The position numbers and the translations under genes were made by a program. Shown here piece after piece: positions 20,973-29,771 of a stretch of DNA of 64,000 nucleotides. The DNA comes from Nitrospirota bacterium. Its GTDB lineage: Bacteria > Nitrospirota > UBA9217. The stretch covers positions 128,001 through 192,000 of the forward strand of contig CAWJQQ010000009.1 of NCBI GenBank assembly GCA_963845065.1, in the 5' to 3' direction. Within the stretch, counting starts at the first letter, position 1. Each line of letters begins with the position of its first letter. The notes beneath the pieces were generated by a model. It was not told the DNA's origin. It did no database searches and worked only from the letters and a program-made list of their open reading frames with translations.

Positions 20973-21725
20973 ATGCTGGAGGGAAGAGTGTTTAAGTCAG
21001 CAGTTATTGCTGTCGCATTGCAGGCTGTTTGCGCCCTTGCCTATGCTGGGGCACCACAGATCGAGATGGTGCAGGTGAAGGGTGGGTGCTTTCAGATGGG
21101 TGATATGTTCGAGGAGGGTGACAATGATGAAAAACCTGGTCACGAGGTGTGCTTGAACGACTTTTCCATCGGAAAATACGAAGTGACCCAGGAACAATGG
21201 GTCGCGGTCATGGGGAGCAATCCTTCAAAATTTAAGGGAGACAGGCTGCCGGTCGAGCAGGTGAACTGGTACGACGCACAACAGTTTATCGCGAAGTTGA
21301 ACTTAATGACTGAGAAACACTATCGTCTGCCGACCGAGGCTGAGTGGGAGTACGCGGCTCGGAGCAGGGGGCGAAGAGAGAACTGGGCCGGCACGAGCGA
21401 TAGGAACGCGCTTGGCAAATACGCGTGGTATGATGAGAACAGCGATAAAGAGACCCACACGGTCGGCACGAAAAAACCGAATGGCCTGGGTCTCTATGAC
21501 ATGACCGGGAATGTATGGGAATGGGTGCAGGACCGTTATGACGATGTGTATTATGAAAAGAGCCCCCGGGAGAATCCTCAGGGGTCATCAGTTGGTTCCC
21601 CTCGGGTGACTCGCGGCGGCAGCTTTGATTTTGATTCAGGGAACAGCCGGGCGTCCTTTCGTGGGCGCAGTGAGCCAGAAAGCAAGTTCAACGACTTAGG
21701 CTTTCGCATCTGCAGTACGCCCTGA
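20973..21725 (+). CDS. Secreted FGE-sulfatase (SUMF1/PvdO-like, C-type lectin fold) domain protein
   Basis: AGGAGG RBS, signal peptide AYA; GGCFQMG, YEVTQ, RLPTEAEWEYAAR, PNGLGLYDMTGNVWEW, RGGS, GFR. Confidence 0.92.
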   Translation: MLEGRVFKSAVIAVALQAVCALAYAGAPQIEMVQVKGGCFQMGDMFEEGDNDEKPGHEVCLNDFSIGKYEVTQEQWVAVMGSNPSKFKGDRLPVEQVNWYDAQQFIAKLNLMTEKHYRLPTEAEWEYAARSRGRRENWAGTSDRNALGKYAWYDENSDKETHTVGTKKPNGLGLYDMTGNVWEWVQDRYDDVYYEKSPRENPQGSSVGSPRVTRGGSFDFDSGNSRASFRGRSEPESKFNDLGFRICSTP

Positions 21726-21857
21726 CCTAACAAAAGGGAAACGAAATGGCAGGGTATAATCTAACGCAGACTTGCAGATTTGGCTGCGTCTACAGGTAGA
21801 AATTCTTTTTTTTTGAGCGCAAAATAAAAAAATAGCGCATCTTTATATTCAGGGAGG

Positions 21858-22631
21858 ATGATGATGTATTCCAGGACCGTGGTTAGAGCAGCGATCATCG
21901 CTGTTATGCTACAGGTTGTCTATATCTTTGCATATGCAGGTGCTCCGAAGATTGAGATGGTGCAGGTTAAGGGTGGGTGTTATCAGATGGGCGACACCTT
22001 TGGAGATGGAGTTGATGAATGGGAAAAACCAGTCCATGAGGTGTGCGTAGACGATTTTACCATTGGCAAGTATGATGTGACCCAGGGTCAGTGGGAGACG
22101 GTCATGGGAAACAACCCCTCATTTTTCAAGAGCTGTGGCGACAATTGCCCCGTTGAGCAGGTAAGCTGGAATGACGCGCAGGATTTCATTCATAAATTGA
22201 ATGAGATGACCGGGGAAAAGTACCGTTTGCCTACAGATGCCGAGTGGGAATATGCGGCGCGGAGTGGGGGAAAGCATGAGAAATATGCCGGTACGAGCGA
22301 TTACGCTGAACTTAATGATTATGCCTGGTTCGAGGACAATGCTGGCAAGAAGACCCATCCTGTGGGCAGGAAGAAGCCGAACGCTTTAGGCATTTACGAC
22401 ATGAGCGGGAATGTATGGGAGTGGGTGCAGGACCGGAATGATGACGACGTTCCTTATTACAAGAACAGTCCGCGGATGAATCCGCCCGGCCCGGAACGCG
22501 GCTCTCACCGGATTGTTCGCGGCGGCAGCTGGTTCAACTTTGCAAGAGGCATTCGGACTACCGTTCGCCGTGACGGTCTGCCAGACCGCAGAAGTGGTGG
22601 CACGGGATTTCGCCTTGCTGGCACGCTTTAG
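21858..22631 (+). CDS. Secreted FGE-sulfatase domain protein (tandem paralogue)
   Basis: GGGAGG RBS, signal peptide AYA; RLPTDAEWEYAAR, PNALGIYDMSGNVWEW, RGGSW, GFRL. Confidence 0.92.
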   Translation: MMMYSRTVVRAAIIAVMLQVVYIFAYAGAPKIEMVQVKGGCYQMGDTFGDGVDEWEKPVHEVCVDDFTIGKYDVTQGQWETVMGNNPSFFKSCGDNCPVEQVSWNDAQDFIHKLNEMTGEKYRLPTDAEWEYAARSGGKHEKYAGTSDYAELNDYAWFEDNAGKKTHPVGRKKPNALGIYDMSGNVWEWVQDRNDDDVPYYKNSPRMNPPGPERGSHRIVRGGSWFNFARGIRTTVRRDGLPDRRSGGTGFRLAGTL

Positions 22632-22683
22632 CCTTAACCCATCTACGCATCTATTGCGCTTCAAGCCGCATAGCGCGCAATGA

Positions 22684-22884
22684 AATCAAACACTATTACA
22701 TGTGACGGGAAGCGCTGAAGCCTGGTCACAATGAATCGGCGGCGCGGTCCCGGTCCGGGATCAAATTAGGTTGCTGGAAGAAGCGGGTTTTGAAGATGCT
22801 GAATGGTTGGGAATGACTGGTTTTCGAACTTCATAGTACACTGTTGGGCCATTGTTTAAGGCAAACAGGACAAAAAAAACATAG
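22684..22884 (+). pseudogene. C-terminal remnant of an ArsM-like methyltransferase-domain (seleno)protein
   Basis: Frame reads ...GSAEAWSQ-UGA(22732)-IGGAVPVRDQIRLLEEAGFEDAEWLGMTGFRTS-TAG(22834)-YTVGPLFKANRTKKT*. Resembles ArsM WxxCIxGA...LxxAGF with UGA at the Cys; hairpin GGUCCCG-GUC-CGGGAUC follows. Confidence 0.65.
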
Positions 22885-23034
22885 CCGTCGTGATTGTTAT
22901 ATTATTTATATCTACTCTCCAGTAATGCATAATTTAAAAATATATAATGATGGCATAATACCCAGAGAGCAGACTTGATTGTCATGTCGGTAAAACCAGT
23001 TGGACCATGATAAAGATATCGTCAAGGAGTTATC

Positions 23035-23358
23035 ATGAAAAAGCATACGATTACGTTGTATATGAATGACCCCATGGGTAAGTGGTGACTCTCGCACATG
23101 GACTCTGCTCGTCGTGCAGGGAAGGAGTTTGATACTGAAGTCATCATCATGAAGACCTGCAAAGGATACGGCTTGGAAAAAGATCCGCCTCCCTGCCCAT
23201 CAGTAAAAATCAACAATAGTTTCCTTGTCAAAAAAGGACTGATTTCGTATGATCAGTTGAAGGCAGCTATTTTAATAAAGTTACTGCCTGCATTCTACAG
23301 TGCTTACCACAAAAAATACCCAACCATCCACTCCAATTTCTTATATCCATCCTTTTAG
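23035..23358 (+). CDS. Putative small thioredoxin-like selenoprotein with N[D/E]PxGxxU motif (TsoC-like, name from memory)
   Basis: AAGGAG RBS, ATG 23035; MKKHTITLYMNDPMGKW-UGA(23086)-LSHMDSARRAGKEF...PPPCPSVKINN..., in frame with tracked ORF 23098..23358; SECIS-like hairpin CUCUGC-UCGUCGU-GCAGGG downstream. Confidence 0.75.
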
Positions 23359-23364
23359 TTATTT

Positions 23365-23399
23365 CGTTCATCTTCCTGTAATCTTAATTCTAATATAAT
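23365..23399 (+). promoter_or_regulatory. Putative OmpR-family binding box plus -10 (copy 2), upstream of the two-component operon
   Basis: CGTTCATCTTCCTGTAATCT (23365-23384), 9 nt, TATAAT (23394-23399); same as 12244. Confidence 0.7.
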
Positions 23400-23626
23400 A
23401 GCATAAAATCAATATGGAGATGTTTTATCCATTTTTTAGGCTGTCCTGACATGGGCTGTTACCCTTCCTGGGCACCAGGGGGCCGTCGTGCAAGATTCTA
23501 TTGCAATTATTTTCGCTCTGTTCTTGCTAAACCATCTTGTACTTTTAGTACGGGTAGAGCTATATTATCTACTGTGAACATTTAGTAATAGAGCGAGATT
23601 GCTGGCTAAAAGCAGACAGGAAGCTC

Positions 23627-24295
23627 ATGCGCATACTGATCGTTGAAGACGAAAAGTCTCTTGCCGACATTCTGAAAAAGGGTCTGGAAGAAGAAGGGTA
23701 TGTTGTTGATGTCGCTTACAATGGCGAAGAAGGAAGATACTTTGCGAAAAACGAACCCTCTGACCTCATGATCTTGGATATTATGCTACCCTTTGTCGAC
23801 GGAATGACCATTCTTAGAGAAATTCGTAAAAGAGGGGTCAAAACTCCTGTACTCATGCTTACAGCTAAGGACACCTTGACCGACAAGGTGGCAGGTCTGG
23901 ATGCCGGCGCTGATGATTACCTTACAAAACCGTTCACCTTTGAAGAGCTACTCGCGCGCATACGGGCATTGTTGAGACGGAATTCCGATGTGAAAACTTC
24001 GCTCATCACGATCGGGGACCTTACAATTAATAGAGCAACCCGTGAAGTCAAAAGAGCAGGAAGGCACATTATGATGTCTGCCAAGGAATATTCGCTTCTT
24101 GAATATATGGCTATACATAGCAATGTTGTGCTAGACCGGATTACCTTGACGGAACACCTCTACGACCAGGATTTCAACCTTGATAGCAACGTTATCGATG
24201 TATTTATTAACCGTATCAGAAATAAGATTGAGAGACGACATAAAACACAGCTCATCCACACCGTCCGGGGCGCCGGTTATGTGCTGAAAGGATAG
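23627..24295 (+). CDS. OmpR-family response regulator (CusR/CzcR-like)
   Basis: MRILIVEDE, LDIMLP, LMLTAK, GADDYLTKPF, winged helix SNVIDVFINRIRNKI...IHTVRGAGY. Confidence 0.95.
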   Translation: MRILIVEDEKSLADILKKGLEEEGYVVDVAYNGEEGRYFAKNEPSDLMILDIMLPFVDGMTILREIRKRGVKTPVLMLTAKDTLTDKVAGLDAGADDYLTKPFTFEELLARIRALLRRNSDVKTSLITIGDLTINRATREVKRAGRHIMMSAKEYSLLEYMAIHSNVVLDRITLTEHLYDQDFNLDSNVIDVFINRIRNKIERRHKTQLIHTVRGAGYVLKG

Positions 24296-24296
24296 G

Positions 24297-25721
24297 ATGC
24301 CTACGTCCATTAAGAGGAGGTTAATCATATTTTATACGGCTGTTCCGTTCCTAATCCTATCAGCCCTGGGGGTTTTTCTCTATTTCAGCCTCAGTAAGGT
24401 CGTTTATGATTCGGTAGATGCAGTTCTCTTATCGAAGGCGCGAACATTAACTACCCTGATCAATGACGATGAGGAAGATAGAAAAGAATTGAGGTCTTCT
24501 GAGGAGTTCAAGTGGGATTATACTTCTCCGGAATCAAGAAGCTTTTTTCAAATACGTCGCCTTGACGGTTATACTTTGGAGAAATCCGCGTCCCTAACAG
24601 ATTTCGAACTCCCCTACAATGAGAAAGAGACTAAGACAGATTTCAAGAGTGTTCGTGTCAACGGTGTTTACGTGCGGCTAATCAATTATTACGTGCCCGA
24701 AATAACTAATAACGCATCAATAAATAGAGGACAGAACATTGTTATTCAATGCGCAAAAGATATACAAAACCAGACTGATCTCATTCAGCATTACAGGATA
24801 ATCCTTTCTCTTTCCATTTTTGCAATCATGATTATTTCAGCCACGGGGGGAGTCATAATATTAAATAAGTCGCTTACCCCTGTAAAGGACATTTCGGCTA
24901 CGATCAGTAGAATTTCTGAATCTAGTCTATCGGCGCGAATTCGTGTTAACGATGTACCTAAGGAATTGCAAATTATAGCATCATCCTTTAACCATACAAT
25001 TAACAGGCTTGAGAGTGCATTCAATCTACAAAGACAATTTACTGCGGATGCGTCCCATGAGCTAAGAACACCGCTTGCAGTTATCATGAGCCAGAGTGAG
25101 GTTGCGTTGCGAAAGGAACGCACTAAGGCCGAATACAAGAGCGCTCTTGCCGATGTAATGGAATCTGCAGAAAAAATGTCGGCAACCGTTCAAAAGCTTC
25201 TTACACTAACTCGCTTGAGTGCAGGTACGATAAATCTTAATCCAGGCACAATAAATATCAGTGATATTATCAGAGATTCTACAAGATTGGTTCGCCCTCT
25301 CTCTGATCAGAAAGGCATCCACATGGAAGTCCAACAATTATCTGAACCATCTCTAGTACTCGGAGACAGGGCCGCATTGTTGGAACTATTTACCAACCTC
25401 TTAGATAATGCAATTAAATACAACGTACCTCACGGGAAGATACTTGTCTCTATCAGAAAGGAGGGGGAATTTATAGTATCCGTAATACAAGACACAGGGA
25501 TCGGCATACCCGAAGGAGACTTAGATAAAGTATTTCGGCGTTTTTATCGGGTCGACCAATCCCGTTCAAAAAAGATCGACGGCAGCGGACTCGGCCTGAG
25601 CATCTGTGATGGGATAGTTAAACTTCATCATGGCAGGATAGAAATAAAAAGCGCCTTGGGAAAGGGAACCGTATTATCAGTTTATCTGAAAGAGATCGAG
25701 AACCTGAACCTGCGAGGATGA
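24297..25721 (+). CDS. Membrane sensor histidine kinase (CusS/CzcS-like)
   Basis: 2 TM, HAMP, FTADASHELRTPL, NLLDNAIKY, DTGIGI, FRRFYR, GSGLGL. Confidence 0.93.
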   Translation: MPTSIKRRLIIFYTAVPFLILSALGVFLYFSLSKVVYDSVDAVLLSKARTLTTLINDDEEDRKELRSSEEFKWDYTSPESRSFFQIRRLDGYTLEKSASLTDFELPYNEKETKTDFKSVRVNGVYVRLINYYVPEITNNASINRGQNIVIQCAKDIQNQTDLIQHYRIILSLSIFAIMIISATGGVIILNKSLTPVKDISATISRISESSLSARIRVNDVPKELQIIASSFNHTINRLESAFNLQRQFTADASHELRTPLAVIMSQSEVALRKERTKAEYKSALADVMESAEKMSATVQKLLTLTRLSAGTINLNPGTINISDIIRDSTRLVRPLSDQKGIHMEVQQLSEPSLVLGDRAALLELFTNLLDNAIKYNVPHGKILVSIRKEGEFIVSVIQDTGIGIPEGDLDKVFRRFYRVDQSRSKKIDGSGLGLSICDGIVKLHHGRIEIKSALGKGTVLSVYLKEIENLNLRG

Positions 25722-26303
25722 TGCGGATTGGTTAGAATCAATGAAATAACATTGTGAATCTTGCCGCGGACGTGTACTATGAACAACGTTATCCCCGAGT
25801 TGGACACGTCGGTCAAAGCAAATAGAATGTTATTTCCCGGCTCTTGTTATGAGCAAGTACTGAGCATTTGGACGGGGTTTCTGCTGGTGATCGGTGTTAG
25901 CGTTTGGAAAATCGTCACGATTTATTTGCAATCCAAGTAAAATAACTAGTAAAAAGACGACAAGATTCAATTCATAAAAGGCAGAGATAAGTCATTGCAT
26001 TCCCGTTCTGACCAAGACAGGCGCCGAGCACTCGATTGTCCTTTGGAGTCACTACGAGTTGAAACTCGTGGATACAAGATGGGGTTTTAGGTTTATTCGG
26101 CATTGGTTGTTTAAATATACCACATAGATGTACATTTGTCTACTAATTGCCGAAAAACAAAGTTCCCGCATTCATCCCCATGGTTAAAACCAGGGGCTTT
26201 CTGCGGATAGTTTGGTAAATTATCGGATCTCTATATAATTGAAGAGTTTATCGTTGTAGCACCTCCGCCTGTACTCTGGATCTTGAAAAAAGATGGTCAC
26301 TGT

Positions 26304-27551
26304 ATGTCCAGCACTGCAAATAAAAACATTCCGCTCAGTATCTTCGGTCATGAAGCCATCCGTGCGCTCTCTCGAAACAAGGTGCGAAGCGCTCTTTCGG
26401 CCGTCGGGATCACCATCGGTATCGCAGCAGTAGTTTGCGTGGTGGCTCTTGGCACGGCAGGTTCGCAGCGTGCGGTACAACAGCTCCAAAACCTGGGGGA
26501 CAACCTAGTGTGGGTAGAGGCCGGTTCTCGCAACGTGAACGGTGTACGGAGCGGCAGCCACGGCATGACTTCCCTCACAATGGAAGATGCTGAGGCAATC
26601 CTTCATGAAGTGCCATTCATTAAAAGTGTTTCTCCGAACGTGGATGGCAGTGTGCTCGTTGCCTCCGGGAGACTCAATTGGACAACTCATTACCGAGGTG
26701 TCACTCCGGAATTTTTGGGAATCAAGCGATGGGACCTGACAGAGGGAGAACCATTCACGAGAGAAGACGTGGATCATGTGGCAAATTTAGTTATGATCGG
26801 CCAGACCGTGCGCCAACAGCTTTTCGAAACTGAGGAGGCTGTCGGGAAACTAGTACGCATTAATCAACAGATATATCGGGTGATCGGCGTGCTGGCACCA
26901 AAAGGCCAGTCAGCTACCGGCCAGGATCAGGACGACACCATCATCATGCCCTATACTACGGTTCAAAAAAGACTACGGGGCAAGGGCTTCTCTTGGCTGG
27001 ACGACATTATGTGCTCGGCCGAGTCCCTGGACGTTGTTAAACCGGCCGTTGATCAAATAAATGAACTTCTGCGTAGGCGACACCACATCCGAACGGGTGG
27101 TGATGATGATTTTAACATCCGTCGTCCGGAAGAAGTGATCAAAGCCCAGATCGCCGCAAACCATACGCTCGCGTTTTTTCTCACCAGTGTCGCCTCCATC
27201 TCTCTTCTGGTCGGCGGTATCGGGATCATGAATGTGATGCTTGTATCCGTGACTGAACGAACGAGGGAAATTGGTTTGCGCATGGCGATTGGGGCTAAGA
27301 CGTCTGCCATACAGATTCAATTTCTCGGCGAGGCTGTGATTCTGAGCCTGTTTGGCGGCATCCTGGGAGTTTTTGTCGGCGTGGCCGGCTCTTTCATCAT
27401 AGGGTACATCTTGGGATGGCCCATATCCATTCCTCTCGAAGCTCTTGTCGTCGCTCCAATATTCTCGATTGGAGTGGGCGTCTTTTTTGGCTTCTATCCA
27501 GCATGGAGGGCCGCACAGTTGGATCCGATCGTAGCACTTCGTTATGAGTGA
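26304..27551 (+). CDS. MacB/FtsX-like ABC transporter permease
   Basis: ALSRNKVRSALS, GITIGIAAV, SLLVGGIGIMNVMLVSVTERTREIGLRMAIGA, DPIVALRYE. Confidence 0.93.
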   Translation: MSSTANKNIPLSIFGHEAIRALSRNKVRSALSAVGITIGIAAVVCVVALGTAGSQRAVQQLQNLGDNLVWVEAGSRNVNGVRSGSHGMTSLTMEDAEAILHEVPFIKSVSPNVDGSVLVASGRLNWTTHYRGVTPEFLGIKRWDLTEGEPFTREDVDHVANLVMIGQTVRQQLFETEEAVGKLVRINQQIYRVIGVLAPKGQSATGQDQDDTIIMPYTTVQKRLRGKGFSWLDDIMCSAESLDVVKPAVDQINELLRRRHHIRTGGDDDFNIRRPEEVIKAQIAANHTLAFFLTSVASISLLVGGIGIMNVMLVSVTERTREIGLRMAIGAKTSAIQIQFLGEAVILSLFGGILGVFVGVAGSFIIGYILGWPISIPLEALVVAPIFSIGVGVFFGFYPAWRAAQLDPIVALRYE

Positions 27552-27892
27552 TAATATCTCTCTCGAAGTGGCATGGAAGGGAAAATACCTTAGGACCGCA
27601 ATATACGAAGGGGCACGTGATATGTTCTTTGCGATCATGATGAACACGATGCCGGGCTTCATGGACTCGCCTTCTATTACGCTCGGCCTAGGTTTGGGCG
27701 CTGAAGTACTGTGACCTTTTGGGTTTGACAGGGTCCGCGGTATGCTCTTTGCCCAGCTTATGAACATGTCATGTTCCAGAATAGATATGGTAAATCGGCC
27801 ATGAGCCGTGCTCGAGATAACGAAAAAAAAGCTCCGTTCCTGACACAATGCGCAAGCGAGAGCAGAAAGATAAAAGAGGAAAAGGACTGTAA

Positions 27893-29077
27893 ATGAAAAA
27901 GATCGTAAAGGTTACCACAGGCAGTGTTTCGATCGTCATTAGCCTCCTGGTCTTATTGTTTGGATGCAAAGGTGACGGCCCCACGTACAGGACCGATCTT
28001 GTTACCCTCGGTTCTATTCAGGCCACGGTAACGGCAACAGGGACCGTTAATGCGGTAACGACGGTCCAGGTCGGAACACAGGTATCGGGAACGATAAAAT
28101 TCCTCTATGTAGACTTTAACTCCCATGTAAAGAAGAGACAGGTCATCGCGCAGATCGATCCCTCCACGTTCGAGTCTCAGGTACAGCAGGCTGAAGCGAA
28201 CCTTCATGCCGTTCAGGCCAACCTGGATAAGTCTGAGACAACCCTCGTTGACGCGAAAAGGACATTTGACAGGAATAAGGAATTGTTCTCAAAAAATTTT
28301 ATCCCTCGGAGCGACCTGGATACATCAGAGACGAACTATGACTCTGCGAAGGCACAGCTAGGGTACGCAAAGGCACAGATCGAACAGGCCAAGGCCTCGC
28401 TAGATTACTCAAAACAGAACCTTGCATATACCAAAATCGTATCCCCAGTCGATGGCGTGGTGATCTCTCGAAACGTCGATGTTGGCCAGACTGTTGCTGC
28501 GAGTTTCCAGACGCCGACACTGTTTACGATCGCACAAGACCTGACAAAGATGCAGATCGACACGAATATTGCTGAATCGGACATCGGTGTAGTAAAAGTG
28601 AGGCAGGACGTAGATTTTACTGTTGACGCCTATCCCGATATAATATTCAAGGGGAAGGTATGGCAGATCAGGCAGGCTCCGATAATCGTACAGAACGTGG
28701 TTACCTACGACGTGGTGATCCAGGTGGACAACCGTGATTTAAAACTCATGCCGGGCATGACCGCCAATGTCTCGTTAATCATTGCGTCGAGACAGAACGT
28801 GCTGAGGGTCACAAACGCGGCGCTTCGGTTTAGGTTCAACGAACGACCTGCAGATGCAGGCGCAAGAGCGTATGCGAGCGTGGATGAAAAGAAAGGGCCA
28901 GCAGTCTGGGTTCTTGACAACAACAAACCAAAATACGTTGTTATCAAGCCTGGCATCAGCGACGGGATGTATACCGAGGTCGTTTCTCGGGACCTGAAAG
29001 AAGGTCAACAGCTGATCATCGAGTCGCTCAAAAAGAACAAGACACAGGTTCCGTCGTCAATCCCGAGGATGTTCTGA
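27893..29077 (+). CDS. MacA-like periplasmic adaptor subunit
   Basis: TATGTVNAVTTVQVGTQVSG, IVSPVDGVVISRNVDVGQTVAASFQTPTLF, LMPGMTANV. Confidence 0.93.
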   Translation: MKKIVKVTTGSVSIVISLLVLLFGCKGDGPTYRTDLVTLGSIQATVTATGTVNAVTTVQVGTQVSGTIKFLYVDFNSHVKKRQVIAQIDPSTFESQVQQAEANLHAVQANLDKSETTLVDAKRTFDRNKELFSKNFIPRSDLDTSETNYDSAKAQLGYAKAQIEQAKASLDYSKQNLAYTKIVSPVDGVVISRNVDVGQTVAASFQTPTLFTIAQDLTKMQIDTNIAESDIGVVKVRQDVDFTVDAYPDIIFKGKVWQIRQAPIIVQNVVTYDVVIQVDNRDLKLMPGMTANVSLIIASRQNVLRVTNAALRFRFNERPADAGARAYASVDEKKGPAVWVLDNNKPKYVVIKPGISDGMYTEVVSRDLKEGQQLIIESLKKNKTQVPSSIPRMF

Positions 29078-29078
29078 C

Positions 29079-29771
29079 ATGTCGCTTATCGAAACGCGAA
29101 AACTCACCAAAGTGTATAGTCTGGGTGATGTCGAGGTGCGGGCACTCGACGGTATTTCTACGACCATAGAAAAGAGCGAGTTTGTAGCTATCATGGGACA
29201 CTCGGGATCGGGTAAATCTACTTTCATGAATGTTCTCGGATGCCTTGATATCCCGACTGATGGGAATTATTTTCTCGACGGCACCGATATCGGTCACCTC
29301 TCCCGGGACGAACTTGCTGATATCAGGAACACAAAGCTCGGGTTCGTTTTCCAAGGGTTCAACCTACTGTCGCGAACCTCGGCTCTGGAGAACGTTGAGC
29401 TTCCCATGCTCTACAACGGTTACCACGCAAGTGAACGTCATGAACGGGCACGGATAGCCCTGAAGAGCGTGGGACTCGAAGGCAGGGAAGATCATCATCC
29501 GAATCAGCTCTCCGGCGGACAGCAGCAGCGGGTTGCCATTGCACGGGCTCTGGTAAATGATGCGCCGATCATCCTAGCGGACGAACCTACAGGAAATCTC
29601 GATACCAAAACAAGCATTGAAATTATGGAACTCTTTGTGAGGCTGAACCAGGAGTCCAACATTACGGTAATAGTAGTGACACACGAACCGGACATTGCTT
29701 CTTTCAGTAGACGGATTATACGGTTTCTGGATGGCCGTATTGTCAGTGATGAATTAGTGGGTAAACAATGA
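29079..29771 (+). CDS. ABC transporter ATP-binding protein (MacB/LolD-like)
   Basis: Walker A GHSGSGKST, signature LSGGQQQR, Walker B ILADEPTGNLD, H-loop VTHE. Confidence 0.96.
   Translation: MSLIETRKLTKVYSLGDVEVRALDGISTTIEKSEFVAIMGHSGSGKSTFMNVLGCLDIPTDGNYFLDGTDIGHLSRDELADIRNTKLGFVFQGFNLLSRTSALENVELPMLYNGYHASERHERARIALKSVGLEGREDHHPNQLSGGQQQRVAIARALVNDAPIILADEPTGNLDTKTSIEIMELFVRLNQESNITVIVVTHEPDIASFSRRIIRFLDGRIVSDELVGKQ

Noticed and set aside
20973..22700. Complete diversity-generating retroelement
   Set aside because: No reverse transcriptase, Avd or AAC-rich template repeat seen; the two C-termini differ at many positions not explained by adenine-only mutagenesis.
27544..27803. ORF MSDNISLEVAWKGK... 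with an in-frame TGA as a third selenoprotein
   Set aside because: No recognisable family, no redox-type context at the TGA and no convincing hairpin; probably decayed sequence.
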